This document shows, piece after piece, positions 11,158 to 21,070 of a stretch of 64,000 nt of DNA. Each line of letters begins with the position of its first letter. The stretch's first letter is position 1. The DNA comes from a bacterium. GTDB taxonomy: Bacteria; Myxococcota_A; UBA9160; UBA4427. The stretch spans positions 36,260-100,259 of the forward strand of contig JANSYR010000012.1 of the NCBI GenBank assembly GCA_024742285.1, given 5' to 3'. A program made the position numbers and the translations under genes. Under the pieces are notes generated by a model. It saw nothing but the letters and a program-made list of their open reading frames with translations. It was not told the origin of the DNA and ran no database searches.

Positions 11158-12899
11158 CCGCGATAGAGCCCGCCGGGCCGGGCCCCGGTGTCGACGCCGT
11201 CGCGCGACGTGACCTGCCCGCCGCAGATCGTCGCGACGTAGCCGCTCGCGGCCTGGAGGAGGCGCGGCGAGCCACTCGGCAGGTCGTGCTCGACGCGCGG
11301 CGTGGCCAGGGCGATCCGGTCGAGGTCGATCACGTTGAGATCGGCGCGCAGGCCGCGGGCGACCCGGCCGCGGTCCGCCATGCCGAAGAGATCGGCGGGA
11401 TCGCTGGTCAGCATCCGGACGGCCTGCTCGAGGGCGAGCTTCTCGCCTCGCTTCCGGTCGCGGACCCAGTGCTCGAGCATGTAGGTCGGATAGCTCGCGT
11501 CGCAGATGACGGTCACGTGGGCACCGCCGTCGCCTCCGCCGACCAGGGTCCCCGGCCGGTTCAGCATCTCGTGGACCGCGCCGAGGTGGCCGTCGGCGTA
11601 GTTGCCCATGAAGACGCTCAGGAAGCCGGGACCGCCGGGTTGTTCCGCCGCGTCACACAGGGCGTCGTAGATCCCTTCGAGGGGCGTGACGCCGCGCGCC
11701 TCGATCGCGCGACCGAGGGAGAGCGCGGGGTCCGGCTCGAGGAGCTCGTCGGTCGTCGGGAGGAAGGTGCTTCCGAGGCTGCTCAGGATGATCGTCGCGG
11801 CGTGCTCGAACATCGGCGTCTGTCGGGGCTCTTCGAGGATCCGCTTCCGGCGAGCGGGATCCCGAAGGGCCGCGACGCGCTCGGCCGGCGGCAGTCCGGC
11901 GATCTCGACGAAGCTCGCCTTGTCGAGGAAGGGATGGAACGTGTCCCAGGACAGCAGGAGCCCGCCGGGTCGGTTGATGGTCATGGGGACGAGCTTTGCG
12001 CCCTCGGCGTTGGCGGCGTCCGCCATTTCGAAGAGCTCGCGCCAGAGCTCGGGCTGGACGTTGTTCTGGGCGATCGTGAAGAGCACGGTAGAGCCGGTGT
12101 CGAGGCTCACCTGTCGGTAGAAGGCCAGCTCGCGACGGAAGCCGTCCGGGTCTTCGCCCATCAGGCCGGCGGGCACGACCTGGAAGAGGCCGCGGCCGTC
12201 CTTCCGGGCGGCCTGCAGGATCGCGTTGACCTCCCGCGACTCGGCGAAGGTCCCAGGGACCGCTTCGCCGCTCGTCGAGGTGTGGAGCGTGATGCGATTG
12301 CTCGAGAAGGCGATCGCACCGGCGTCGATGGCTTCGGCGGCGAGTCGCGCCATCTCGGCGATCTGCGCGTCGCTCGCGGGGCCGTTCACGTCGCCGTCGT
12401 CGCCGATCGCGTAGGTCCGGAGCGCGCCGTGCGGCAGCTGGGTCGCGACCTCGACCGCGCGGGGCTTCGAGGCCAGCGCGTCGAGATACTCCGGGAAGCT
12501 CTCCCAGGCCCACTGGATCCCGTCGTGGAGCGCGGCCCCGGGAATGTCCTCGACACCTTCCATCAGGTCGATCAACACGTCCTTGTGGTTCGGCCGGACC
12601 GGCGCGAAACCGACGCCGCAGTTGCCCATCACGACGGTCGTCACGCCATGGTCCGCGGAAGGCGCGAGGCGATCGTCCCAGGTCGCCTGGCCGTCGTAGT
12701 GGGTGTGGGGGTCGATGAAGCCCGGGGTGACGAGGAGGCCCTCGGCCTCGATCACCTCGGCGGCGTTCGTGGTCTCGATCGAGCCCGCTTCGGCGATGGT
12801 TTCGATCCGCCCGTCGCGGACGGCGACGTCGGCACGGCGGACAGGGTCGCCGGTGCCGTCGACGAGGTCGGCCTTTCGGAGGAGGAGGTCGAGGTTCAT
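11154..12899 (-). CDS. N-acyl-D-amino-acid deacylase family amidohydrolase (second paralog)
   Basis: MNLDLLLRKADLVDGTGD...GLLVTPGFIDPHTHYDGQ...VVMGNCGVGFAP. Start chosen at the ATG 12899 (MNLDLL), not the listed 13010 extension. Confidence 0.7.
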   Translation of the reverse strand: MNLDLLLRKADLVDGTGDPVRRADVAVRDGRIETIAEAGSIETTNAAEVIEAEGLLVTPGFIDPHTHYDGQATWDDRLAPSADHGVTTVVMGNCGVGFAPVRPNHKDVLIDLMEGVEDIPGAALHDGIQWAWESFPEYLDALASKPRAVEVATQLPHGALRTYAIGDDGDVNGPASDAQIAEMARLAAEAIDAGAIAFSSNRITLHTSTSGEAVPGTFAESREVNAILQAARKDGRGLFQVVPAGLMGEDPDGFRRELAFYRQVSLDTGSTVLFTIAQNNVQPELWRELFEMADAANAEGAKLVPMTINRPGGLLLSWDTFHPFLDKASFVEIAGLPPAERVAALRDPARRKRILEEPRQTPMFEHAATIILSSLGSTFLPTTDELLEPDPALSLGRAIEARGVTPLEGIYDALCDAAEQPGGPGFLSVFMGNYADGHLGAVHEMLNRPGTLVGGGDGGAHVTVICDASYPTYMLEHWVRDRKRGEKLALEQAVRMLTSDPADLFGMADRGRVARGLRADLNVIDLDRIALATPRVEHDLPSGSPRLLQAASGYVATICGGQVTSRDGVDTGARPGGLYRG

Positions 12900-13053
12900 G
12901 GGAGAGGGCTCCGGTGGAGAGTGGACCCGGGAACGGTAGCGGGGGCGAAGTGTCCGCACCTGCTTCCATTTCGATTCATCCGTCCGTTGAACGACGTGGT
13001 CCGCGTGCACCTGAGCGGCGTTCCGATCGGAGTCAAGGTGTTATGCTGGCTTC

Positions 13054-13716
13054 ATGGACGCCCTAGGGGATCGACCTACATGCCTCGTCCTTCGTTTCCT
13101 GGGAGCCTGCGCGTTGGCGATGCTCCTTCTCTCGGGATGTGTCTCGAGCGTTGGAGTCGTGCATCCCGTTTCGCCCATGGGCCGCGCACCGCTCGCTCCG
13201 GACAAGGGCTATGTGCTCTTACACGTCGTCACGGACATTCCGATCGAGTACGTGACGATCAGCGGAGGGCGGATCGCGGAAGCGTTGCCCCGCGGATCCG
13301 CAGCCTGGCTGATCGAGCTTCCGGCAGGTCGATACGCGTGGCGGCGGATCAAGCCCGCCGCTTCGACGGGGACCCAGCACCTGATCGATCTCAGCGACTA
13401 CCGGGCCCTCCGGCGCGTCGAGGACTGGGTCTGGGACGACGAATACGAGTTCGACGTGATCGCCGGTGCGGTGAACTACCCGGGTACGCTGATCGTGAAC
13501 AGCGACCCCGCCAGCCGGTCGTCGCGATACTGTTGCTTCGTCCGAGTTCGAAACCGGTCGGCGATCGACTTGCGCGCCGTCCTCGATGATTACGGCGCAA
13601 TCATCGATCGCTTTCCGATTCGTCATGGCGGGGCCGGCAAGGACCGATTCCTGTCCCACTACTCCGAAGTGCGTGACCGGCTGAAGCGTTCGGCGCAGGC
13701 GGAGGAGGGCGGATGA
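13054..13716 (+). CDS. Hypothetical lipoprotein
   Basis: Signal peptide with lipobox LLLSGC; stop overlaps the start of the downstream S9 peptidase as ATGA, so likely co-operonic. Confidence 0.45.
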   Translation: MDALGDRPTCLVLRFLGACALAMLLLSGCVSSVGVVHPVSPMGRAPLAPDKGYVLLHVVTDIPIEYVTISGGRIAEALPRGSAAWLIELPAGRYAWRRIKPAASTGTQHLIDLSDYRALRRVEDWVWDDEYEFDVIAGAVNYPGTLIVNSDPASRSSRYCCFVRVRNRSAIDLRAVLDDYGAIIDRFPIRHGGAGKDRFLSHYSEVRDRLKRSAQAEEGG

Positions 13717-15746
13717 ACGTGCTTCGCTTGCGTGGCCTGTCCGCAGCGTTCGTTGCCGTCGCATTGCTCGCCGCGTCGTTTTCGGAGGGGTCTGCCGAAG
13801 GCCTGTCGGCGGAGTCGGCGTTCTCCCGGAACGGTGTGTCGGCCGTGTCCCTCAGCCCGAAGGGAAGCTGGGCGGTGGCCCTCGCCGTGTTGGGGGACAA
13901 GTACGGACTGCTCGTTCAGAAGGCGGCGGGAGGACGCGTTCATCCGGTGATCGCGATCGAGAGGCCGTTCACCTACTACGCATGGGTCGATGACGACACG
14001 CTGATCGTGACCTTCGATCTAGGTTCGAGCGATTCGCGCATCCTGATCGATCTGAGTCTTCGAAACGGAGAGGTCGTCGCCTCGAAGAACCGGATCCAGG
14101 TCCATGGCCACGTGGTCGACCCCTTGCCGACGGACGACGACCACGTGCTCTGGTCTCATCGCTCTTCGGGCGACACCTACCTTCTGCGGCTGCCGACGGT
14201 CGATCTCCTCGGTCTCGGCAACGGCAATGCCTCGCGGACCCTTGACCGACAGCTCCGCGATCCCGTTCTCAAGCTCCAGGGCGCAGCCTACTCCTGGATC
14301 ACGGATCTCGAGGGCGAACCGCAGGTCGTTGTTCGACCGAGCCGCGAGGGCGACGAGATCCTGATCGGCCGTCGTCGGGAGCGCGGCGGGGCTTTCAGCA
14401 CGGTCTATCGCTACCTGGAGGACGACGACGAGGAGGCCCTCCGGCCCGTCGCGCTCGTACCCGGCACGCGTCATTTCTATGCCCTTGGTCTCGCCGGTAA
14501 GGACACGATCGGTCTCCACGAGTTCGACCCCGACGACCAGGAGATCGTACGCGAGGTCTACCGGCGCGACGACGTGGACGTGACGGGCGTGGTCGTGGAC
14601 CCACTGACCCGCGATCTGATCGCCGTAGAGTCCATGGTCGAGGGCGAGAGATCGTACTTCTACATGGATGGCTTCTTCGAGCGCTACACCGACGAGCTCC
14701 AGCAGCTATCGGAACGTCTGCCCATCGACTCGGTGCGCGTCCGGTCGGTGTCGGCCGATCGAAACGTGCTCCTTCTCCACCAGTGGGGCGCGACAGAGCC
14801 CGGCCGTTTCCTCAACTACTTCGTGGATAGCGACCAGCTCCTGACGACGGGGGAATGGCGTTCTGACATCGACCGGGAACGTCTTGCGAAGACCGAGAGC
14901 TTCCGGGTCGCGTCGAAGGACGGGCTCGAGATCGAGGCGTACATCACCCTTCCGAGCGGGAGCGACGGCCCGCATCCTCTCGTGGTGATGCCGCACGGTG
15001 GCCCGCACGGGGCCCGCGACGTTCGTCTCTACGATCCGCGCGTCCAGTACCTGGCGAGCTGGGGCTTCGCGGTGCTCCAGCCGAACTACCGCGGTTCTTC
15101 CGGGTACGGGCGGGAGTACTTCGAGTCGATCAAGAAGCAGTGGGCGAAAGCGATCGAGGACGACATCGACGCTGCCGTCGAGCATGCGATCGGTCGGCCG
15201 GAGATCGACGGCGATCGAATATGCATCGTCGGCGGGAGCTATGGCGGCTTCTCGGCACTCGCGAGCGTCGTCCGCCATCGGGACCGCTATCGGTGTGCCA
15301 TCAGCATGAACGGAGTCTCCGACATCCCGCTCCTCTACGATTCGAGCGACATGGCGGACTCGAAACGTGTGATGGACTTCTACGAGGAGTACGTCGGGGA
15401 TGTTGAGACGGAGCGTGAGCTTCTCGAAGCCGTCTCCCCGGCCTACAACGTCGAGTCGATCGACACGCCGATTCTCTTCATCTACGGGGATCGGGACCGT
15501 CGCGTGGATCCCGACCATTCCCATCGCATGATGCTGATGATGGATCTGCTCGGGAAGCCCTATGAGTCGATCGAGATCGAGACCATGCGCCACCGCCCCA
15601 CGTCGATCCAATGGGTGATCGTCATGCGATCGATGCGTCGGATGCTGACCCGGAATCTCTTCCCTGGACGTGTCATTCACCCGGATCCCGACATCGGCGG
15701 CGCAGGCGTCGGCCGGCTCAAGCACCGGCTCGATCTCGACCTGTGA
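13713..15746 (+). CDS. S9-family serine peptidase (prolyl oligopeptidase / acylaminoacyl peptidase-like) with N-terminal beta-propeller
   Basis: Signal peptide; nucleophile elbow GGSYGGF; C-terminal alpha/beta hydrolase domain (YGDRDRRVD, HSHRMM). Confidence 0.8.
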   Translation: MNVLRLRGLSAAFVAVALLAASFSEGSAEGLSAESAFSRNGVSAVSLSPKGSWAVALAVLGDKYGLLVQKAAGGRVHPVIAIERPFTYYAWVDDDTLIVTFDLGSSDSRILIDLSLRNGEVVASKNRIQVHGHVVDPLPTDDDHVLWSHRSSGDTYLLRLPTVDLLGLGNGNASRTLDRQLRDPVLKLQGAAYSWITDLEGEPQVVVRPSREGDEILIGRRRERGGAFSTVYRYLEDDDEEALRPVALVPGTRHFYALGLAGKDTIGLHEFDPDDQEIVREVYRRDDVDVTGVVVDPLTRDLIAVESMVEGERSYFYMDGFFERYTDELQQLSERLPIDSVRVRSVSADRNVLLLHQWGATEPGRFLNYFVDSDQLLTTGEWRSDIDRERLAKTESFRVASKDGLEIEAYITLPSGSDGPHPLVVMPHGGPHGARDVRLYDPRVQYLASWGFAVLQPNYRGSSGYGREYFESIKKQWAKAIEDDIDAAVEHAIGRPEIDGDRICIVGGSYGGFSALASVVRHRDRYRCAISMNGVSDIPLLYDSSDMADSKRVMDFYEEYVGDVETERELLEAVSPAYNVESIDTPILFIYGDRDRRVDPDHSHRMMLMMDLLGKPYESIEIETMRHRPTSIQWVIVMRSMRRMLTRNLFPGRVIHPDPDIGGAGVGRLKHRLDLDL

Positions 15747-15771
15747 TCGTCGGCCTCGCGCTGCCCGGCGG

Positions 15772-16524
15772 CTAGCAGTCGACGGTATTCCAATAGGGAT
15801 GGAACGAGATGCAGACGCCCTCTTCGAGGTTTTCGAGATCCTCGAACAGATCGTCACGGACCACGTACTGCGCGTTCTTGCGATCGATCTGGAAGACTGC
15901 GTCCAATCCGCCATAGCCACTGAAGACACGCTTGCCAGACGCATCGAAGATCATCGTCAACATCGAGCCCGCTCGGGTGGTGCCGGACATGGTGAGGCCG
16001 ATCGCGCGTTCGCGGCGTCGAACGCCATCCCATTTGAGGGTGCGCCCGCCGGTGTACTCGGCTCTACGCACGACGACGTTCGGTAGGACGTAGATCTCGG
16101 CCTCGGCGCCGATCTCTTCGAGGATCAGGGGCATGAGATCGTCGAGCTTCATGCTTCCGGAGACCCGGCTGGACTCTCCTGACATCATCTTCTTTCGCAG
16201 CTCTCGGACGGCTTCGCTGCTCGCCCGGCTGTACTCGCGCGGATGCAGCGTGGTCGATTCGACGCCGCGAGCGGAGAGGAAGCCCTCGATGATCCGAAGG
16301 AGGTCGTCGTTGGCGACATCCAGTCCCTGAATCGGCGTCACGGCCGCGTTCAACGGAAGGATCAGCGCGCGCTCGATCCCCGGATGATGGGCCTTGCCCG
16401 GGACGAGCTCGTACTCGTGGTCGATCTTGTACCGGCGCGGCTTCTTCTCGTCCGACGAACCGCCTCCCGCGCAGGCGAGGAGCATGGTGGATACGAGCAG
16501 CGCCGCGACGAGCGGGGCCATGAA
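15772..16524 (-). CDS. Hypothetical lipoprotein
   Basis: Start taken at MAPLVAALLVSTMLLACAGG (lipobox LLAC); convergent with the peptidase gene. Confidence 0.4.
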   Translation of the reverse strand, partial: FMAPLVAALLVSTMLLACAGGGSSDEKKPRRYKIDHEYELVPGKAHHPGIERALILPLNAAVTPIQGLDVANDDLLRIIEGFLSARGVESTTLHPREYSRASSEAVRELRKKMMSGESSRVSGSMKLDDLMPLILEEIGAEAEIYVLPNVVVRRAEYTGGRTLKWDGVRRRERAIGLTMSGTTRAGSMLTMIFDASGKRVFSGYGGLDAVFQIDRKNAQYVVRDDLFEDLENLEEGVCISFHPYWNTVDC

Positions 16525-16617
16525 CGGGAGCGAGCGACGAAAGGACAATCGGACATCTCCTGCCACGTGACCGGCATCCGACAACGTAACACCGTGCGGG
16601 TCGATTCTCCTCGTCGA

Positions 16618-17856
16618 TCAGCCCTCCCGCGCGATCCCGTAGTACTCGACGTAGTCGGCGTAGACCGCGTCGACCATCGCGGCGTCGAGACCGTACTCTT
16701 CGAGCGAGTACGCGTGGGCGCCGTGCTTGCCCTTCGGTTTGTCGTGGAGGTAGCCGGTGATGCGGTCGTCGTGGCCGGCCGGCCAGTCGAGACCCGCGGC
16801 GTCGTAGATCTTGCGGATCGCGGCAACGGGATCGCTCATCAGGTCGGAGAAGTGGCTGTCGATGATCTGGTCGTCCGGAATCTGGCCGGTCTTTCGCAGG
16901 TCCTTCACGCCGTTCAGCATCATGCCGAAGCCACCGAGGGCGAGCTGGCCGTAGAGTGCGGGATCGATGGCCTCCGAGCGCAGCCACTGGAGCATCGCCG
17001 TCGTGCTCGCGGCGGAGCCGACGAATCGCTGCGGATCGCGATGGGTGTGGACGACGACCGCATCGGGGTACTCGGCGAAGAGTCCCTCGATCGTCCGCAG
17101 GTGTCCCGGCGACTTGAGTAGCCAGGGCCTGCGCTCCTCGCCGTACTGCAGCGTCTGGAGGAATCGGCGATGGAGCCGGTAGGTCCGCGGGACGATCTCC
17201 GGCTGGGTCATCGACCACGCGGCGAAGTCCGGGGCCTGGTAGTTCATGGCCCAGTAGGGGCCGCCGAACTCGAGCGCCAGGAAGTGGACGCACTCGCAGG
17301 GGAGGTCGGTTCCCAGCTCGTGGAGCGTCGCGAACTCCGGCTGCATGTCCATCCACAGCTCCTGCTCGGACTCCGCGAGCGCGCGACGGGCGTCGCGCGT
17401 CTGGAACTCGCCGTGGGGGAGGGGGTGATGGGCTTCCCAGGAGAGCGGCGCACGGATCCCCGGATCGAGGGCGAGCAGCTCGAGCAGGATGGTCGTTCCC
17501 GTGCGGGGGGCGCCGAGTACGAAGATCGGTCGTTCGATCGGCTCCTCGAGGATCGCCGGCTCCTTCGCCCAGGCGTCGAAGAGGCGAAGGCGGGTCTGGA
17601 GGACGCGCAGGATCTCGGCGCGTGCGAGGAAGCGCCCGACCAGGGTCGCCTGCGACTCCCGGTCGATCGACCCGACCATCCTCCGGTAGGTCTCGAGCCA
17701 GTCGTCGTCGCCGATCTCTTCCAGGCCGGTCGTCGAACGCGCCAGGGCCAGCAGCTCTTCCGGGTCCAGAGGGACCAGCTGGTCGGCGGCGCCGGTGGCG
17801 GGTCCGAAGAGGTTGAGGCGGCGGAGCCAGTCGGGGCGATCGCGATAGGGGGCCAT
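16618..17856 (-). CDS. Sulfotransferase-family protein (Sulfotransfer_3-like)
   Basis: PAPS 5'-phosphosulfate-binding-like motif FVLGAPRTGTTIL. Start chosen at MAPYRDRPDWL. Confidence 0.6.
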   Translation of the reverse strand: MAPYRDRPDWLRRLNLFGPATGAADQLVPLDPEELLALARSTTGLEEIGDDDWLETYRRMVGSIDRESQATLVGRFLARAEILRVLQTRLRLFDAWAKEPAILEEPIERPIFVLGAPRTGTTILLELLALDPGIRAPLSWEAHHPLPHGEFQTRDARRALAESEQELWMDMQPEFATLHELGTDLPCECVHFLALEFGGPYWAMNYQAPDFAAWSMTQPEIVPRTYRLHRRFLQTLQYGEERRPWLLKSPGHLRTIEGLFAEYPDAVVVHTHRDPQRFVGSAASTTAMLQWLRSEAIDPALYGQLALGGFGMMLNGVKDLRKTGQIPDDQIIDSHFSDLMSDPVAAIRKIYDAAGLDWPAGHDDRITGYLHDKPKGKHGAHAYSLEEYGLDAAMVDAVYADYVEYYGIAREG

Positions 17857-17987
17857 GCGCTTCCTCTCGAGCGGAATAGGGCGACCCCGGATCATCGAGC
17901 CCGTGACGCGGGATCGCAAGCGCGGCGCACGTAGCTATCCTCGCGAGCCACGCGCGCCGCGAAGGCCGCGCCAGGAGGAGTGGTCCC

Positions 17988-19706
17988 ATGTCCCGCCCGA
18001 TCCCGACGCTCGCGATCCTCGCGTTCCTCGTCTCCGCGTGCGCCGTCGGCCCCTTCGCCCCCTCGCCGTACGCCGACGTCGTCTTCTTCGGCGAGCACAT
18101 CCATACCGTCGACGACGCGACCGCCGGCGCCCGGGCCGTCGCCATCAAGGGCGAGAACATCGCGGGCGTGGGCAGCCGCGAGGACGTCGCCCCGCTCGTC
18201 GGTCCGGACACGCGGATCGTCGAGCTCGGGGAGCGCGCCCTGGTCCCTGGCTTCATCGACGCTCACGGCCACTTCACGATGGCCGTCGGGTTCCTGAATA
18301 TGCTGAACGCTTCGTCCCCGCCCGTGGGTCCCATGGAGTCGATCGACGACATCGTCGAGGGCCTCGCCGCGCGGATCGAGGAGCTGGAGATCCCGGCGGG
18401 CGAGTTCGTCACGGGCTACGGCTACGACGACTCCCTGCTCGCCGAGAACCGTCATCCCGATCGGGACGACCTCGACCGCGCCTCGACCGAGCACCCGATC
18501 GTCCTGATCCACGTGTCGGGTCATCTGGCGACGGCCAACTCCCTCGCGCTCGAGCACTTCGGATTCGACGAGACGACCGAGGATCCCTTCGGCGGCGTGA
18601 TCCGGCGGCGCCCCGGCACGACGATTCCCAACGGCGTCCTCGAAGAGGTCGCGGCGCACATCGGACTCGAGCCGGTCATGCTCGCCGCCCAGAACGTCAG
18701 CCCGCGCGAGTTCGCCGCGCAGGTCGCACAGACCGTGGACTACCACGCTTCCTTCGGGATCACGACCGTCCAGGACGGCGCGTCGAGCCCCGAGGTGGTC
18801 AAGGGTCTCAAGACGCTCGCGAGGTTCCGCCCGCCGGCGATCGATATCGCGGTGTTCCCCGTCATCCGCAGCGACGCGGACAGCGAAGACCCGGACGCGA
18901 TCGGCTACACGCCGGACTACGAGAACGGGGTCCGGGTCGCGGGTGTGAAGTTCGTGCTCGACGGCTCGCCGCAGGGCCGGACCGCCTGGTTGACCGAGCC
19001 CTACGACGAGGGGCCTCCCGGGGCCGATCCCGACTACGTGGCCTACCCGATGGTCGAGCCCGCCTTCTACAAGAAACACGTGAAGCGGATGCTCGACGCG
19101 AGGATCCCCATCCTCGCCCACGCGAACGGCGACGCGGCGATCGACCTGATGATCGAAGGCATCGACGAGGCACTCGGTGGCGAGCCGAAGGACCATCGCT
19201 CCGTCACGATCCACGCCCAGCTCGCCCGGGAGGACCAGCTCGATCGCATGAAGGCGCTCGGGATCGTCCCCTCGTTCTTCGCTGCGCATCCCTTCTTCTG
19301 GGGCGATTGGCACCGCAAGAGCTTCGGCGACGACCGTGCCATGCGGATCAGCCCGCTGCGCTCGAGCCTCGATCGCGATCTGCCTTTCACGATCCACAAC
19401 GACGCGATGGTCGTTCCGCCGCACATGCTGCGGCTGATCGAGATCGCGATGGGGCGGAAGACCCGGGAAGGCGTCGTGCTGGGCGAGGACCAGCGGGTGA
19501 GCTTCGAGGAAGCGCTCCACGCGGTCACCCTCGGCTCCGCCTACCAGTACTTCGAGGAGGACCGGAAGGGCTCGATCACCCCCGGCAAGCGCGCGGACCT
19601 CGTCGTGCTCGCGGAGGATCCGGCGTGGGTCCGGCTCGACGACGTGAGCGAAGTCGCGGTCGTCGAGACCTTCGCCCGCGGCGTCTCGATCTACACGGCC
19701 GACTGA
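17988..19706 (+). CDS. Amidohydrolase-family protein (Amidohydro_3) with signal/lipoprotein-like N-terminus
   Basis: LAFLVSAC signal; PGFIDAHGHF metal-binding start; HANGDAAID; about 570 aa. Confidence 0.7.
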   Translation: MSRPIPTLAILAFLVSACAVGPFAPSPYADVVFFGEHIHTVDDATAGARAVAIKGENIAGVGSREDVAPLVGPDTRIVELGERALVPGFIDAHGHFTMAVGFLNMLNASSPPVGPMESIDDIVEGLAARIEELEIPAGEFVTGYGYDDSLLAENRHPDRDDLDRASTEHPIVLIHVSGHLATANSLALEHFGFDETTEDPFGGVIRRRPGTTIPNGVLEEVAAHIGLEPVMLAAQNVSPREFAAQVAQTVDYHASFGITTVQDGASSPEVVKGLKTLARFRPPAIDIAVFPVIRSDADSEDPDAIGYTPDYENGVRVAGVKFVLDGSPQGRTAWLTEPYDEGPPGADPDYVAYPMVEPAFYKKHVKRMLDARIPILAHANGDAAIDLMIEGIDEALGGEPKDHRSVTIHAQLAREDQLDRMKALGIVPSFFAAHPFFWGDWHRKSFGDDRAMRISPLRSSLDRDLPFTIHNDAMVVPPHMLRLIEIAMGRKTREGVVLGEDQRVSFEEALHAVTLGSAYQYFEEDRKGSITPGKRADLVVLAEDPAWVRLDDVSEVAVVETFARGVSIYTAD

Positions 19707-19768
19707 CCCGGGACGCGATGCGACCTCCCGCGACCGCGGGTTCGCGTCTCGCGGGGTCCGTTGGGTTT

Positions 19769-19796
19769 TCGCGATCCGAGGTGCTACGGATCGCGA
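19769..19796. promoter_or_regulatory. Perfect 10 bp inverted repeat TCGCGATCCG-N8-CGGATCGCGA about 30 bp upstream of the LLM oxidoreductase start
   Basis: Read directly from sequence; the position suits an operator, or a terminator hairpin of the upstream gene. Confidence 0.3.
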
Positions 19797-19827
19797 GGAC
19801 CCCGTCCCGTCCCACGCGAGGAATCTC

Positions 19828-21054
19828 ATGACCGACGTGCTGCCGCGCCCGCTTCGCTTCGGCGTTTTCCTGGCGCCCTTCCATCCCGCCGACGAGAACC
19901 CGACGGAGCAGCTCCACCGGGATCTCGCTCTCGTCCAGCACCTCGACGCGCTCGGCTACCACGAGGCGTGGATCGGTGAGCATCATTCCGGCGGCTACGA
20001 GATCATTCCCTCGCCGGAGGTCTTCCTCGCCCATGCGGCGGCGACGACCCGCCAGATCCGTCTCGGGACCGGCGTCGTCTCGCTGCCCTACCACAACCCG
20101 CTCATGCTGGCGGATCGGATCCTCCAGCTCGACCACCAGTCGCGCGGCCGTGTGATGCTCGGTTGTGGTCCCGGACAGCTGGTGACCGATGCGTTCATGC
20201 TCGGGATCGAGCCGAGTGAGCAGCGCCGGATGATGGGCGAGGCCCTCGAGGTCCTCGTGCCGCTGCTGCGCGGAGAGGTCGTGACCCGAAAGACCGACTG
20301 GTTCGATCTCAGGGAAGCGTCGAGCCAGCTCCCGCCGGTCCAGTGGCCGGGACCGGAGATTGCCGTCGCGAGCGCGATCTCGCCTTCGGGTGCGATGGCG
20401 GCGGGACGGCACGGCACGGGCCTGCTCTCCCTCGCGGCGAGCGGACCCGAAGGCTACGAGCAGCTTCCGAAGCACTGGGACGTCTGCGAGGAGACCGCGG
20501 CGAAGCACGGCCAACAGGTCGATCGCTCGAGCTGGCGTCTCGTCGTTCCGATGCACATCGCCGAATCCCGTGAGCAGGCGCGGCGGGACATGGCGCATGG
20601 GACGCTTCGACTCGCCGGCTACATGGAGGCCCTCGGAGGAGTGAAGCCGCCCTTCGCGGAGTCGACGGAGACGATGCTAGACGCGTGGACGGGCCCTGGG
20701 CTCCCGATCTTCGGGAAGCTGACCTGCGGCACGCCGGATGACGCGATCGACGTCATCGAATCGTTGCGGGAGCAGTCCGGGGGCTTCGGGACCGTCCTCC
20801 TGCTGGGGCACAACTGCGCGAACCCCGAGGCGACGCGGCGGAGCTACGAGCTGATCGGCCGCTATGTCGTGCCCGCGGTGAACGACGCCAACCGCTATCG
20901 CACGCGAAGCATGGAGTGGGCGACGAAGAACGCCGCGACGTTCATGCCGGCGATGCAGGTCGGGATCCAGAAGGCGATCGAAGAGTACGAAGCGAACCGC
21001 GCCGAGTCCGGCGAGGGGACCGCGTGGGTCGGTGACGCGAAGACGATCGAGTAG
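19828..21054 (+). CDS. LLM-class flavin-dependent oxidoreductase (luciferase-like monooxygenase)
   Basis: FGVFLAPFH...HLDALGYHEAWIGEHH...SLPYHNP is typical of the LLM family. Confidence 0.7.
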   Translation: MTDVLPRPLRFGVFLAPFHPADENPTEQLHRDLALVQHLDALGYHEAWIGEHHSGGYEIIPSPEVFLAHAAATTRQIRLGTGVVSLPYHNPLMLADRILQLDHQSRGRVMLGCGPGQLVTDAFMLGIEPSEQRRMMGEALEVLVPLLRGEVVTRKTDWFDLREASSQLPPVQWPGPEIAVASAISPSGAMAAGRHGTGLLSLAASGPEGYEQLPKHWDVCEETAAKHGQQVDRSSWRLVVPMHIAESREQARRDMAHGTLRLAGYMEALGGVKPPFAESTETMLDAWTGPGLPIFGKLTCGTPDDAIDVIESLREQSGGFGTVLLLGHNCANPEATRRSYELIGRYVVPAVNDANRYRTRSMEWATKNAATFMPAMQVGIQKAIEEYEANRAESGEGTAWVGDAKTIE

Positions 21055-21070
21055 CCGTGTCGGCGAAGGA

